From: Formosa sp. Hel1_33_131
Lineage (GTDB): Bacteria; Bacteroidota; Bacteroidia; Flavobacteriales; Flavobacteriaceae
Assembly: GCF_001735745.1 (NCBI RefSeq)
Contig: NZ_CP017260.1
Span: 60,001-92,000, forward strand
Direction: 5' to 3'
Length of the DNA: 32,000 bases
A model generated the notes under the pieces. That model was not told the DNA's origin and ran no database searches. It was given only the letters and a program-made list of their open reading frames with translations. The position numbers were made by a program, and so were the translations under genes. Positions 21,616 through 30,665 of the stretch are shown piece by piece. Positions within the stretch are counted from its first letter, which is position 1. The number at the start of each line of letters is the position of its first letter.

Positions 21616-24447
21616 ATGAGCAAGTTTGATGAATTTATAGAAGTAAAAGGTGCCAGAGTACACAATTTAAAAAATATTGATGTAAAGATTCCTCGGGATC
21701 AATTGGTAGTGATTACAGGGCTTTCAGGAAGTGGAAAATCTTCGTTGGCATTTGATACGATTTATGCGGAAGGGCAACGCCGTTATATTGAAACCTTTTC
21801 AGCCTATGCACGTCAGTTTTTAGGGAGTTTAGAACGGCCTGATGTTGATAAAATTGATGGGCTTTCGCCAGTCATTGCGATTGAACAAAAAACAACGAGT
21901 AAATCGCCCCGATCGACGGTAGGAACCATTACCGAAATTTATGATTTTTTAAGGTTACTATTTGCAAGAGGATCCGATGCCTACAGTTATAATACCAATG
22001 AAAAAATGGTAAGTTATAACGATGACCAAATCAAAGACCTGATATTAGAATCCTTTAACGGGCAACGCATCTCCATTTTATCGCCTGTCATACGTTCTCG
22101 AAAAGGACATTACAGAGAGCTGTTTGAACAGATTGCAAAACAAGGCTTCGTGAAAGTGAGAACTGATGGTGTAATTGTCGATATTACCAAAGGCATGATG
22201 CTAGACCGATATAAAATGCACGATATTGAAATTGTGATCGACCGTCTTAAAATTGACGCAACGGCACAGTCCACAAGTCGACTGAACGAAAGCATCAATA
22301 CAGCAATGTATCATGGCGAAAATGTGCTGATGGTCATTGAAGAAGACACCAAAGAAGTGCGTTTTTTCAGTCGAGATTTGATGTGTCCCACATCTGGAAT
22401 TTCCTATCCAAACCCAGAACCAAACAACTTTTCATTCAATTCTCCCAAAGGCGCGTGCCCAGACTGTAGTGGTATTGGAACGCTTTATAAAGTAAATGAA
22501 ACCAAAATCATTCCTGACACAAGTCTGTCTATAAAAAATGGAGGGCTTGCACCACAAGGTGCTCAGAAAGAATCTTGGATGTTTAGACAATTAGAGCTCA
22601 TAGGACGACGCTTTGATTTCAAGCTTTCGGATCCCATTTCAAAAATCCCAAAGGAAGCCTTAAAGATTATCTTATACGGTGGTAAAGATGATTTTTCAGT
22701 GGATAGTAAAACCTTAGGCGTTTCACGTAATTATGTGATTAATTTTGAAGGCATCGCTAATTTTATCGAAAGCCAATACAAGAATGCCGATTCTACGTCC
22801 ATCCAACGTTGGGCAAAAAGCTATATGGACAATATTAAATGTCCAACTTGTGAAGGCTCTCGACTTAAAAAAGAATCGTTATACTTCAAAATTAACTCTC
22901 AAAATATTGCCGAACTTTCTGAAATGGATGTGGTAGATTTAGCCGAATGGTTCAAAGAATTACCAAATCATCTTTCTAAAAATCAAGAAATCATTTCGAA
23001 AGAAATTATTAAAGAAATTTCGACACGCTTACAATTCCTCTTGGATGTTGGTTTGGATTATTTATCAATCAGTAGAAGTTCAAAATCTCTTTCTGGTGGA
23101 GAAGCCCAACGGATTCGTTTGGCTACACAAATAGGCTCACAACTGGTGGGGGTCTTGTATATTTTAGATGAACCAAGCGTTGGTTTGCACCAACGAGATA
23201 ATGAAAAACTCATCAAATCTTTAATTGCTTTAAGAGACGTAGGGAATTCGGTGATTGTGGTAGAACACGATAAAGAGATGATAGAACAAGCAGATCATGT
23301 GATTGATATTGGACCAAAAGCGGGAAAACATGGCGGGGAAATTATCAGTCAAGGAACGCCAAAAGACATTCTAAATAGTGGCACTATGACCGCGGATTAT
23401 TTGAGTGGTGTTAAAAAAATTGAAGTTCCAAAAACCCGTAGAGAAGGAAATGGAAAGTTTTTAGAGCTCAAAGGATGTACAGGAAATAACCTGAAAAATG
23501 TGTCCATAAAGTTACCACTCGCCAAAATGATTGGAATAACAGGTGTTTCAGGAAGTGGTAAATCGACCTTAATAAATGAAACCCTCTACCCTATTTTAAA
23601 TAATTATTATTTTCATGGAGTGATGGAACCGATGCCTTATAAATCTATTAAAGGCTTGGAACATTTAGACAAAGTGATCGATATCAATCAGTCACCTATT
23701 GGACGAACGCCACGAAGTAATCCTGCTACTTATACAGGGGTATTTGGAGAAATCAGGGCCTTATTTGCTAAAATCCCAGAAGCCATGATTCGCGGTTACA
23801 AATTAGGACGCTTTAGTTTTAATGTGGTTGGTGGACGCTGTGAAACATGTAGAGGTGGTGGTCTGAGAGTTATTGAAATGAACTTCTTGCCAGATGTTTA
23901 TGTCGAATGCGAATCCTGTCAGGGGAAACGATTTAATAGAGAAACCTTAGAAATTAGGTACAAAGGAAAATCAATCAGTGATGTCTTGAATATGACGATC
24001 GATGAAGGCGTGGATTTCTTTGAGTTGATTCCGAAAATTCACCGAAAATTAAAAACCATTAAAGATGTTGGTTTGGGCTACATTACGTTAGGACAACAAA
24101 GTACTACGCTTTCTGGTGGGGAGGCACAACGGATTAAATTGGCCACAGAACTGAGCAAGCGCGACACTGGAAATACCATTTATATTTTAGACGAACCGAC
24201 AACGGGGCTTCATTTCGAAGACATTCGCGTGTTAATGGGTGTGCTTAATAAATTGGTAAACAAAGGCAATACGGTGATTATTATCGAACACAATTTAGAT
24301 GTGATAAAAACCGTTGATTACATCATAGACATTGGTCCTGAGGGTGGTAAAGGCGGTGGCGAGATTCTTGTAAAGGGAACGCCAGAAGTTGTTATAAAAA
24401 ACAAAACGAGTCATACTGCTAAGTTTTTAAAAAAAGAATTACATTAG
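21616..24447 (+). CDS. uvrA: Excinuclease ABC subunit UvrA
   Basis: ORF of 943 aa. It has two ABC modules (GLSGSGKSSL and GVSGSGKSTL; LSGGEAQRI twice) and zinc-finger cysteines (CPDCSG, CPTCEGSR, CETCRGGG...CESCQGKR). Confidence 0.97.
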   Translation: MSKFDEFIEVKGARVHNLKNIDVKIPRDQLVVITGLSGSGKSSLAFDTIYAEGQRRYIETFSAYARQFLGSLERPDVDKIDGLSPVIAIEQKTTSKSPRSTVGTITEIYDFLRLLFARGSDAYSYNTNEKMVSYNDDQIKDLILESFNGQRISILSPVIRSRKGHYRELFEQIAKQGFVKVRTDGVIVDITKGMMLDRYKMHDIEIVIDRLKIDATAQSTSRLNESINTAMYHGENVLMVIEEDTKEVRFFSRDLMCPTSGISYPNPEPNNFSFNSPKGACPDCSGIGTLYKVNETKIIPDTSLSIKNGGLAPQGAQKESWMFRQLELIGRRFDFKLSDPISKIPKEALKIILYGGKDDFSVDSKTLGVSRNYVINFEGIANFIESQYKNADSTSIQRWAKSYMDNIKCPTCEGSRLKKESLYFKINSQNIAELSEMDVVDLAEWFKELPNHLSKNQEIISKEIIKEISTRLQFLLDVGLDYLSISRSSKSLSGGEAQRIRLATQIGSQLVGVLYILDEPSVGLHQRDNEKLIKSLIALRDVGNSVIVVEHDKEMIEQADHVIDIGPKAGKHGGEIISQGTPKDILNSGTMTADYLSGVKKIEVPKTRREGNGKFLELKGCTGNNLKNVSIKLPLAKMIGITGVSGSGKSTLINETLYPILNNYYFHGVMEPMPYKSIKGLEHLDKVIDINQSPIGRTPRSNPATYTGVFGEIRALFAKIPEAMIRGYKLGRFSFNVVGGRCETCRGGGLRVIEMNFLPDVYVECESCQGKRFNRETLEIRYKGKSISDVLNMTIDEGVDFFELIPKIHRKLKTIKDVGLGYITLGQQSTTLSGGEAQRIKLATELSKRDTGNTIYILDEPTTGLHFEDIRVLMGVLNKLVNKGNTVIIIEHNLDVIKTVDYIIDIGPEGGKGGGEILVKGTPEVVIKNKTSHTAKFLKKELH

Positions 24448-24470
24448 TAGGCATTAAATAAAATTGAATT

Positions 24471-25160
24471 ATGGGACCGGAACAGAAACACAAAGGGTGG
24501 AATGAAATAAAAACAAACGACTCTTGGGCGATTTTTAAAATCATGGGGGAATTTGTAAATGGGTTTGAGAAAATGAGTAAGATTGGGCCTTGTGTGTCCA
24601 TTTTTGGATCTGCAAGAACGCCGACAGAAGACACCTATTATAAATTATCTACAGAAGTCGCAGCAGCGATTGTAGATGCTGGTTACGGCGTTATTACGGG
24701 CGGTGGCCCTGGAATTATGGAAGCTGGAAATAAAGGCGCACATTTAGCAGGCGGAACATCTGTTGGACTTAACATTGAGCTCCCTTTTGAACAACATAAC
24801 AATCCATATATCGACCGCGATAAGAGTTTAGATTTTGACTATTTTTTTGTTAGAAAGGTGATGTTTGTAAAATATTCTCAAGGAATTGTTGTGATGCCTG
24901 GAGGCTTTGGAACCTTGGATGAACTGTTTGAAGCCATTACATTAATTCAAACTAAAAAAATTGAAAAATTTCCTGTTATTCTTGTAGGATCTACCTTTTG
25001 GAACGGCTTGTTAGAATGGATTAAAGCGACCTTATTAGAACGTTTTGAAACCATTAGCGCCAAAGATTTAGACTTAATTCACGTGGTAGATACTTCTGAT
25101 GAAGTCATTAGCATTCTAAATAATTTTTATAAAGAATATCAATTAAGCCCTAATTTCTAA
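24471..25160 (+). CDS. LOG-family (TIGR00730) protein, putative nucleotide 5'-monophosphate nucleosidase
   Basis: ORF of 229 aa with VSIFGSAR, GGGPGIMEA and the PGGFGTLDELFE motif of the LOG / lysine-decarboxylase-like family. Confidence 0.88.
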   Translation: MGPEQKHKGWNEIKTNDSWAIFKIMGEFVNGFEKMSKIGPCVSIFGSARTPTEDTYYKLSTEVAAAIVDAGYGVITGGGPGIMEAGNKGAHLAGGTSVGLNIELPFEQHNNPYIDRDKSLDFDYFFVRKVMFVKYSQGIVVMPGGFGTLDELFEAITLIQTKKIEKFPVILVGSTFWNGLLEWIKATLLERFETISAKDLDLIHVVDTSDEVISILNNFYKEYQLSPNF

Positions 25161-28025
25161 TTGTACAAAACTAAATTGTTGACTGTAAGACCGTTATTAA
25201 AGGCCCTATTAACGCTTATTATTTATATAAGTGTATCCTCTGTTTTTGGACAACATGCCATGCAAATAGAGGCTGTCTTAGATGCAGAGAAGAATACCAT
25301 AACTATAAAACAACGCATTGACTATCAAAATAATTCTGATGAGAGTTTAAGTGCGTTGTATTTTAATGATTGGACGTCCAGCTATAGCAGTCCAACAACG
25401 CCTCTTGCAAAACGATTTATAGAAGAATTTGACAATGCCCTACTCTCGGTAAAACCAAAAGATCGTGGCTTTACAGAAATAACTGCGATTCAAAATTCTG
25501 CTGGAAACTCTATCGATTACAACTATTTAGAAAACCAACCAGACATTTTCAAAGTCACACTAGAAAATGAATTGTTACCAAACACATCTACAACATTACA
25601 TTTTGAATATACCCTTCAGATTCAAAGCGATCGATTTACAGGCTACGGAGTCACAAAGGATGGAGATTTCAATTTAAAATACTGGTATTTTTCACCCGCG
25701 GTTTATGAACATTCCGAATGGAAATTGTACAGTAATAAGAATATTCAGGATTATTACACACCGGAATCAAGCATAGACATCAGCATGAACGTTCCTGAAT
25801 TTTATGATGTCGCCTCCGAGTTAAATTTAAGATCCACACAAACAAAAGAACAAAAAAATACCTTTAATTTTACAGGAGAGAAGCGTACAGACAGTCGTCT
25901 TTACATTTCCAAAACGCCCTTTTTTAGATTTAACGTTCAGAACTTGAACATCATCACAGATAGTAACGAAACTAAAATAAGTGCTTTAAAGCAAATAGAT
26001 ATCTTTAAAAAAATTGTTAGTTTTTTAGATTCAGAACTCGCAGTCTATTCACAAGATAATTTGTTGATTACAAATACAGACTTGAATAAATATCCTATTT
26101 ATGGCTTAAATATCATTCCAGACTTTTTAGCACCCTTTTCTAAACAATTTAAATATGAACTGAATCTTCTAAAAAACTTAACAAGGCTTTATTTAAAACG
26201 ACACTTAAAAATAAACCCAAGAGAATCGTATTGGCTACAGGCAGGATTTGAGAATTTTATGTTAATGAAATATGTCGAACAATTTTATACCGATGAATCA
26301 TTAATAGGAAAACTATCCAATGTTTGGGGAATCAAATCTTATAATTTAGCCAAACTGAAGTTCAATGACCAATACCCTTTGACCTATTTACACATGGTGC
26401 GAACAGGTCGCGATCAAGCATTAAATACTCCAAAAGATGAACTTTTAAAATTTAACGCCAACCTATCCAGCAAATATAAAGCGGCCTTAGGGCTTTTATA
26501 TCTTGAAGATATCATTGAGGATTCAAAGGTTGAAGAATGGATAAAAGAGCTTGTAAATACGCCTACGCAAGAACTTCTAACTACAGCGCGTTTCAAAACC
26601 TATTTAAAGACAAAAACTTCAAAAGACATCGATTGGTTTTTTGATTCCTATTTGACCAACTCCCAACAAATAGATTATAAAATCACTGATGTTGAAACCA
26701 CGAAAGACTCTATCTATTTTACGGTTAAAAATAAGAAAAAAGGGCAAAGACCTATTTCACTTTTTATGCTTAAAGACGGCAAAGTCATTTCGAAACAATG
26801 GCTTACTGAAATTGGTGCTAAAAAACAATTTGTCGTTCCCAACATTCAGGCGGATAAATTAGTGCTTAACTATGATAAAAAGGTTCCTGAATTTGATTTG
26901 AGAAACAACTGGAAATCGATATCGGGAAATTCATTATTTAACAAACCGTTTCAAATTCGGTTTTTTAAAGATGTGGAGTCTCCACATGATAATCAATTGT
27001 ATTTTTTACCCATTGTAGAGTTTAAAAACATCTATGACGGTCTGAATTTAGGAATGAATGTCAATAACAAAGGGGTCTTAAATAAACCCTTTTTGTTTGG
27101 AATCACTCCTATATACAGTGTGACTTCGAATGCGCTCACAGGAGGTGCAAAGGTTCGATATAACACCTTTTTTGAAGATCAAAACCTATATAATATCAAT
27201 TTTGGGATGGCTATAACGCACGCAAGTTTTGCCGAAAATGCTTTTGTAACCAAGACCGTGCCTTATGTTAATTTCAATTTTAGAGATGCTTCTAATCTAA
27301 GATCAAACGAATTAAAAAGTTTGAGTTTCAGATATGTTGGTATCGAAAAAGATTTTGTGAAAATAGAAGATGATGAAGCGGTTGCCCCTCCATATAAAGT
27401 GTTTAACATTCGATATATCGATGCAAATAATGGCTTTAAAAAATATCATAAATGGTTTCTAGATGCTCAATTTTCAGACCAATTTGGGAAATTATCCTTT
27501 AACTACGAAATTAGGAGACGCTCCAATAAAAATCAATTTTATAATGTAAGAGTTTATGCTGGAGCCTTCTTATATTCTAAAATTCCAACTGGTGAGAAAA
27601 ATTTCGATTTTGCTTTGGACCGTCCCACCGATTATTTGTTCGATTATAATTATTTAGGGCAATTTGAATCTACGGGCATCTTCAGTCAACAACTCATAAT
27701 TGCCGAAGGTGGATTCAAATCAAAACTAGATACCGCATTTGCAAATGAGTGGTTAACCTCTCTAAATGCCAGTGTTTCGATTTGGAAATACATACAAGCC
27801 TATGGAGATGTTGGCGTGTTGAAAAACAAAGGGAATGATCCCATATTTGTGTATGATGCTGGAATCCGACTCAATCTTATTACAGATTATTTTGAAATCT
27901 ATTTTCCGTTCTATTCTAACCTAGGATGGGAAATCGACCAACCTCAGTACAGTCAGAAAATACGATTTGTGTTTACTGCAGAACCCAAAGCTCTTTTAGG
28001 GCTGTTTAGAAGGGAATGGTTTTAA
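25161..28025 (+). CDS. Large secreted protein, M1-peptidase-like region lacking zinc ligands plus beta-rich C-terminal half (function unknown)
   Basis: ORF of 954 aa. The TTG start directly abuts the LOG stop. Signal-peptide-like N-terminus LLKALLTLIIYISVSSVFGQ. M1-like landmarks are WLQAGFENF (compare WLNEGFA) and DWFFDSYL. No HExxH or GxMEN occurs anywhere in the protein. The last residue is Phe. Confidence 0.7.
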   Translation: MYKTKLLTVRPLLKALLTLIIYISVSSVFGQHAMQIEAVLDAEKNTITIKQRIDYQNNSDESLSALYFNDWTSSYSSPTTPLAKRFIEEFDNALLSVKPKDRGFTEITAIQNSAGNSIDYNYLENQPDIFKVTLENELLPNTSTTLHFEYTLQIQSDRFTGYGVTKDGDFNLKYWYFSPAVYEHSEWKLYSNKNIQDYYTPESSIDISMNVPEFYDVASELNLRSTQTKEQKNTFNFTGEKRTDSRLYISKTPFFRFNVQNLNIITDSNETKISALKQIDIFKKIVSFLDSELAVYSQDNLLITNTDLNKYPIYGLNIIPDFLAPFSKQFKYELNLLKNLTRLYLKRHLKINPRESYWLQAGFENFMLMKYVEQFYTDESLIGKLSNVWGIKSYNLAKLKFNDQYPLTYLHMVRTGRDQALNTPKDELLKFNANLSSKYKAALGLLYLEDIIEDSKVEEWIKELVNTPTQELLTTARFKTYLKTKTSKDIDWFFDSYLTNSQQIDYKITDVETTKDSIYFTVKNKKKGQRPISLFMLKDGKVISKQWLTEIGAKKQFVVPNIQADKLVLNYDKKVPEFDLRNNWKSISGNSLFNKPFQIRFFKDVESPHDNQLYFLPIVEFKNIYDGLNLGMNVNNKGVLNKPFLFGITPIYSVTSNALTGGAKVRYNTFFEDQNLYNINFGMAITHASFAENAFVTKTVPYVNFNFRDASNLRSNELKSLSFRYVGIEKDFVKIEDDEAVAPPYKVFNIRYIDANNGFKKYHKWFLDAQFSDQFGKLSFNYEIRRRSNKNQFYNVRVYAGAFLYSKIPTGEKNFDFALDRPTDYLFDYNYLGQFESTGIFSQQLIIAEGGFKSKLDTAFANEWLTSLNASVSIWKYIQAYGDVGVLKNKGNDPIFVYDAGIRLNLITDYFEIYFPFYSNLGWEIDQPQYSQKIRFVFTAEPKALLGLFRREWF

Positions 28026-28126
28026 TTCAAAACACTTCTTTTCAAAATAACAGGTTTCATGTTTCTCATTCCCAACCCGTTACTTAATTAACATTACAAA
28101 GCATAGGACAAAGCCTTGAAATATTT

Positions 28127-28134
28127 TATATTTG
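28127..28134 (+). promoter_or_regulatory. Candidate -7 box for the E1 gene (TATATTTG)
   Basis: TAnnTTTG match 23 nt upstream of ATG 28157. Confidence 0.35.
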
Positions 28135-28156
28135 TGCCTCAATAAAATTATTTAGA

Positions 28157-30568
28157 ATGCAAACCAAAAATGACCTTACTAAAGATATAACATTTGAGGA
28201 CTTCAAAACTGAAGTGTTGAATGACTATACCATAGCGGTCACGAGTAGAGAATGCAGCCTTCTTGGACGCCGCGAGGTTTTGACAGGAAAAGCAAAATTC
28301 GGAATTTTTGGTGACGGAAAAGAACTGCCACAATTGGCTTGGGCAAAAGCATTTCAAAATGGTGATTTTAGATCCGGCTATTACAGAGATCAAACCTTTA
28401 TGATGGCGATTGGAAAACTGAGCATCGAACAATTCTTTTCAGGCCTTTACGGAACTACAGATATCTATCAAGATCCTATGAGTGCCGGAAGGCAAATGGG
28501 AGGACATTTTACAACCCATTCATTAGATGATAATTTTGATTGGAAAAATCTAACCCAACAAAAAAACTCAAGTTCAGACATATCCCCTACTGGAGCTCAA
28601 ATGCCACGATTATTAGGACTGGCACAAGCATCAAAAATCTACCGAAATCTTAAAGATATTGATTCCGAAAAATTTTCTAACTCAGGAAATGAAGTCGCTT
28701 GGGGAACCATTGGAAATGCGAGTACAAGTGAAGGCGTATTTTTTGAAACGATAAATGCTGCTGGAGTGCTTCAAGTCCCTATGGTTGTCAGTGTTTGGGA
28801 CGATGAATACGGCATCTCTGTACATGCAAGACATCAAACAACAAAAGAAAATATTTCTGAAGTTTTAAAAGGATTTCAAAGAGATTCAAAACATAAAGGC
28901 TACGAAATCCTAAGAGTAAAAGGATGGGATTATGTGGAACTCATTAACACCTATCAAAAAGCCAGTCAACTCTCAAGAACAGAACACATCCCTGTTTTAA
29001 TTCATGTGAATGAACTTACACAGCCTCAAGGACATTCTACTTCAGGGTCTCACGAAAGGTATAAAGATGAAGAACGATTGGCATGGGAGAAATCGAATGA
29101 CTGTAACCTGAAATTTCGCGACTGGATTATTTCTAATGACATTGCGACAGAAGATGAAATTACAGCCATCGATCGCACTGCAAAAAAGAAAGTTCGCGAA
29201 GGAAAAATAAAAGCCTGGAAAGAATTTTCTGAGCCCTTAGAAAATGAAAGACAAGAGGCTTTAAAGCTTATGAAGTCCGCAGCAGTGACGGCATCTCAAA
29301 GAGCGTTTATTTATAAGATGATCTCTCAGTTAGAGCTTATTCACGACCCGTTACGAAAAGACATTTTAAGTACCGCCCGTCATATTTTAAAACACTTAAT
29401 CCACGAGAACACTCCTGAAAAAGATAAATTAGTGCAATGGGTGAATGCTTATTTTGAAAAAATTCAACCAAAATACAGCACGCTTCTTTATAGTGAATCA
29501 AATTCAAGAGCCACCAATATTCCTGAAGTACTTCCAGTTTTTGATGAAACTTCAAAACAAGTAGATGGTCGTGTCATCTTGCGTGATAATTTTGATAAAA
29601 TTTTAAGTAAACATCCTGATGTTTTAATTTTTGGAGAAGATACTGGAACGATTGGAGATGTCAATCAAGGACTCGAAGGCTTGCAAGAAAAGTATGGTGA
29701 AATGAGAGTTTCAGATACTGGAATTCGTGAAGCAACCATTATAGGACAGGGAATTGGAATGGCGTTACGTGGACTCAGACCCATCGCTGAAATTCAATAT
29801 CTTGATTATATGGTCTATGCACTTCAAATCATCAGTGATGATTTGTCAACCCTGCATTACCGTACGTTTGGAAAACAAAAAGCACCCTTAATTATTAGAA
29901 CACGTGGACACCGTTTAGAAGGTATTTGGCATTCTGGTTCTCAATTGGGAGGAATTCTAAATCTAATCAGAGGTGTGTTTGTATTGGTACCAAGAAACAT
30001 GACCAAAGCAGCTGGGTTTTACAATACACTTTTAGAAAGTGATCAGCCTGCCTTGGTAGTGGAGTGTTTGAATGGATACCGTTTAAAGGAAAAAGAACCT
30101 TCCAACTTAGGCGAATTCAGAACACCCGTTGGTATTGTGGAAACAATCAAGCAAGGAGCCGATCTTACCATTGTATCTTATGGCTCTACCTTACGTATTG
30201 TGGAGCAAGCTGCCAAAGAATTATTGGAAGTGGATATCGATGTTGAAATTATTGACATTCAATCTCTCATCCCCTTTGACCTTCAAAAAGATATTTCAAA
30301 AAGTGTTGAAAAAACAAATCGTCTTCTTATTGTTGATGAAGATGTTCCTGGTGGAGCCTCCGCTTATATTCTTAATGAAATTTTAGAACATCAAAACGTC
30401 TATCAAAATTTAGACAGCAAACCCCAAATACTAACCGCTAAAGAACACCGACCCGCTTATGGTACCGATGGTGATTATTTCAGCAAACCCTCCGCAGATG
30501 ATGTGTTTGAAAAGGTTTATAACATGTTTCATGAAGTGGACCCAACCTCTTTTCCTAAATTAAGATAA
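28157..30568 (+). CDS. Fused alpha/beta E1 component of a 2-oxoacid (branched-chain/pyruvate-type) dehydrogenase
   Basis: ORF of 803 aa. The N-terminal half is the E1-alpha ThDP-binding region (GTIGNASTSEGVFFETINAAGVLQVPMVVSVWDDEYGIS). The C-terminal half is the E1-beta/transketolase pyrimidine-binding region (VSDTGIREATIIGQGIGMALRGLRPIAEIQYLDY) plus a transketolase-C-like end. A helical linker of roughly 170 aa joins them. Confidence 0.88.
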   Translation: MQTKNDLTKDITFEDFKTEVLNDYTIAVTSRECSLLGRREVLTGKAKFGIFGDGKELPQLAWAKAFQNGDFRSGYYRDQTFMMAIGKLSIEQFFSGLYGTTDIYQDPMSAGRQMGGHFTTHSLDDNFDWKNLTQQKNSSSDISPTGAQMPRLLGLAQASKIYRNLKDIDSEKFSNSGNEVAWGTIGNASTSEGVFFETINAAGVLQVPMVVSVWDDEYGISVHARHQTTKENISEVLKGFQRDSKHKGYEILRVKGWDYVELINTYQKASQLSRTEHIPVLIHVNELTQPQGHSTSGSHERYKDEERLAWEKSNDCNLKFRDWIISNDIATEDEITAIDRTAKKKVREGKIKAWKEFSEPLENERQEALKLMKSAAVTASQRAFIYKMISQLELIHDPLRKDILSTARHILKHLIHENTPEKDKLVQWVNAYFEKIQPKYSTLLYSESNSRATNIPEVLPVFDETSKQVDGRVILRDNFDKILSKHPDVLIFGEDTGTIGDVNQGLEGLQEKYGEMRVSDTGIREATIIGQGIGMALRGLRPIAEIQYLDYMVYALQIISDDLSTLHYRTFGKQKAPLIIRTRGHRLEGIWHSGSQLGGILNLIRGVFVLVPRNMTKAAGFYNTLLESDQPALVVECLNGYRLKEKEPSNLGEFRTPVGIVETIKQGADLTIVSYGSTLRIVEQAAKELLEVDIDVEIIDIQSLIPFDLQKDISKSVEKTNRLLIVDEDVPGGASAYILNEILEHQNVYQNLDSKPQILTAKEHRPAYGTDGDYFSKPSADDVFEKVYNMFHEVDPTSFPKLR

Positions 30569-30598
30569 TTGAAAAGGCTGCATTGAATTTGAATTTCT

Positions 30599-30614
30599 CT
30601 TTGCATTTGCAAAG
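30599..30614. promoter_or_regulatory. 7-2-7 palindrome CTTTGCA-TT-TGCAAAG upstream of nhaC
   Basis: Perfect inverted repeat read from the sequence, 52 nt upstream of ATG 30666. The loop is too short for a full-length hairpin, so it is listed as a possible dimeric protein-binding site. Confidence 0.2.
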
Positions 30615-30665
30615 CTTAGACTAAAATCGTAACATTACAGTTCAAAATCATTGAAGAACTGTCCT

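Noticed and set aside
23044-24147. Internal DNA/protein repeat in uvrA: GATGTTGGTTTGG at 23044-23056 and 24064-24076, and CTTTCTGGTGG...CAACGGATT at 23089 and 24109 onward
   Set aside because: It is explained by the ancient tandem duplication of the two ABC ATPase modules of UvrA (the DVGLxY and LSGGEAQRI motifs). It is not a mobile or recombination repeat.
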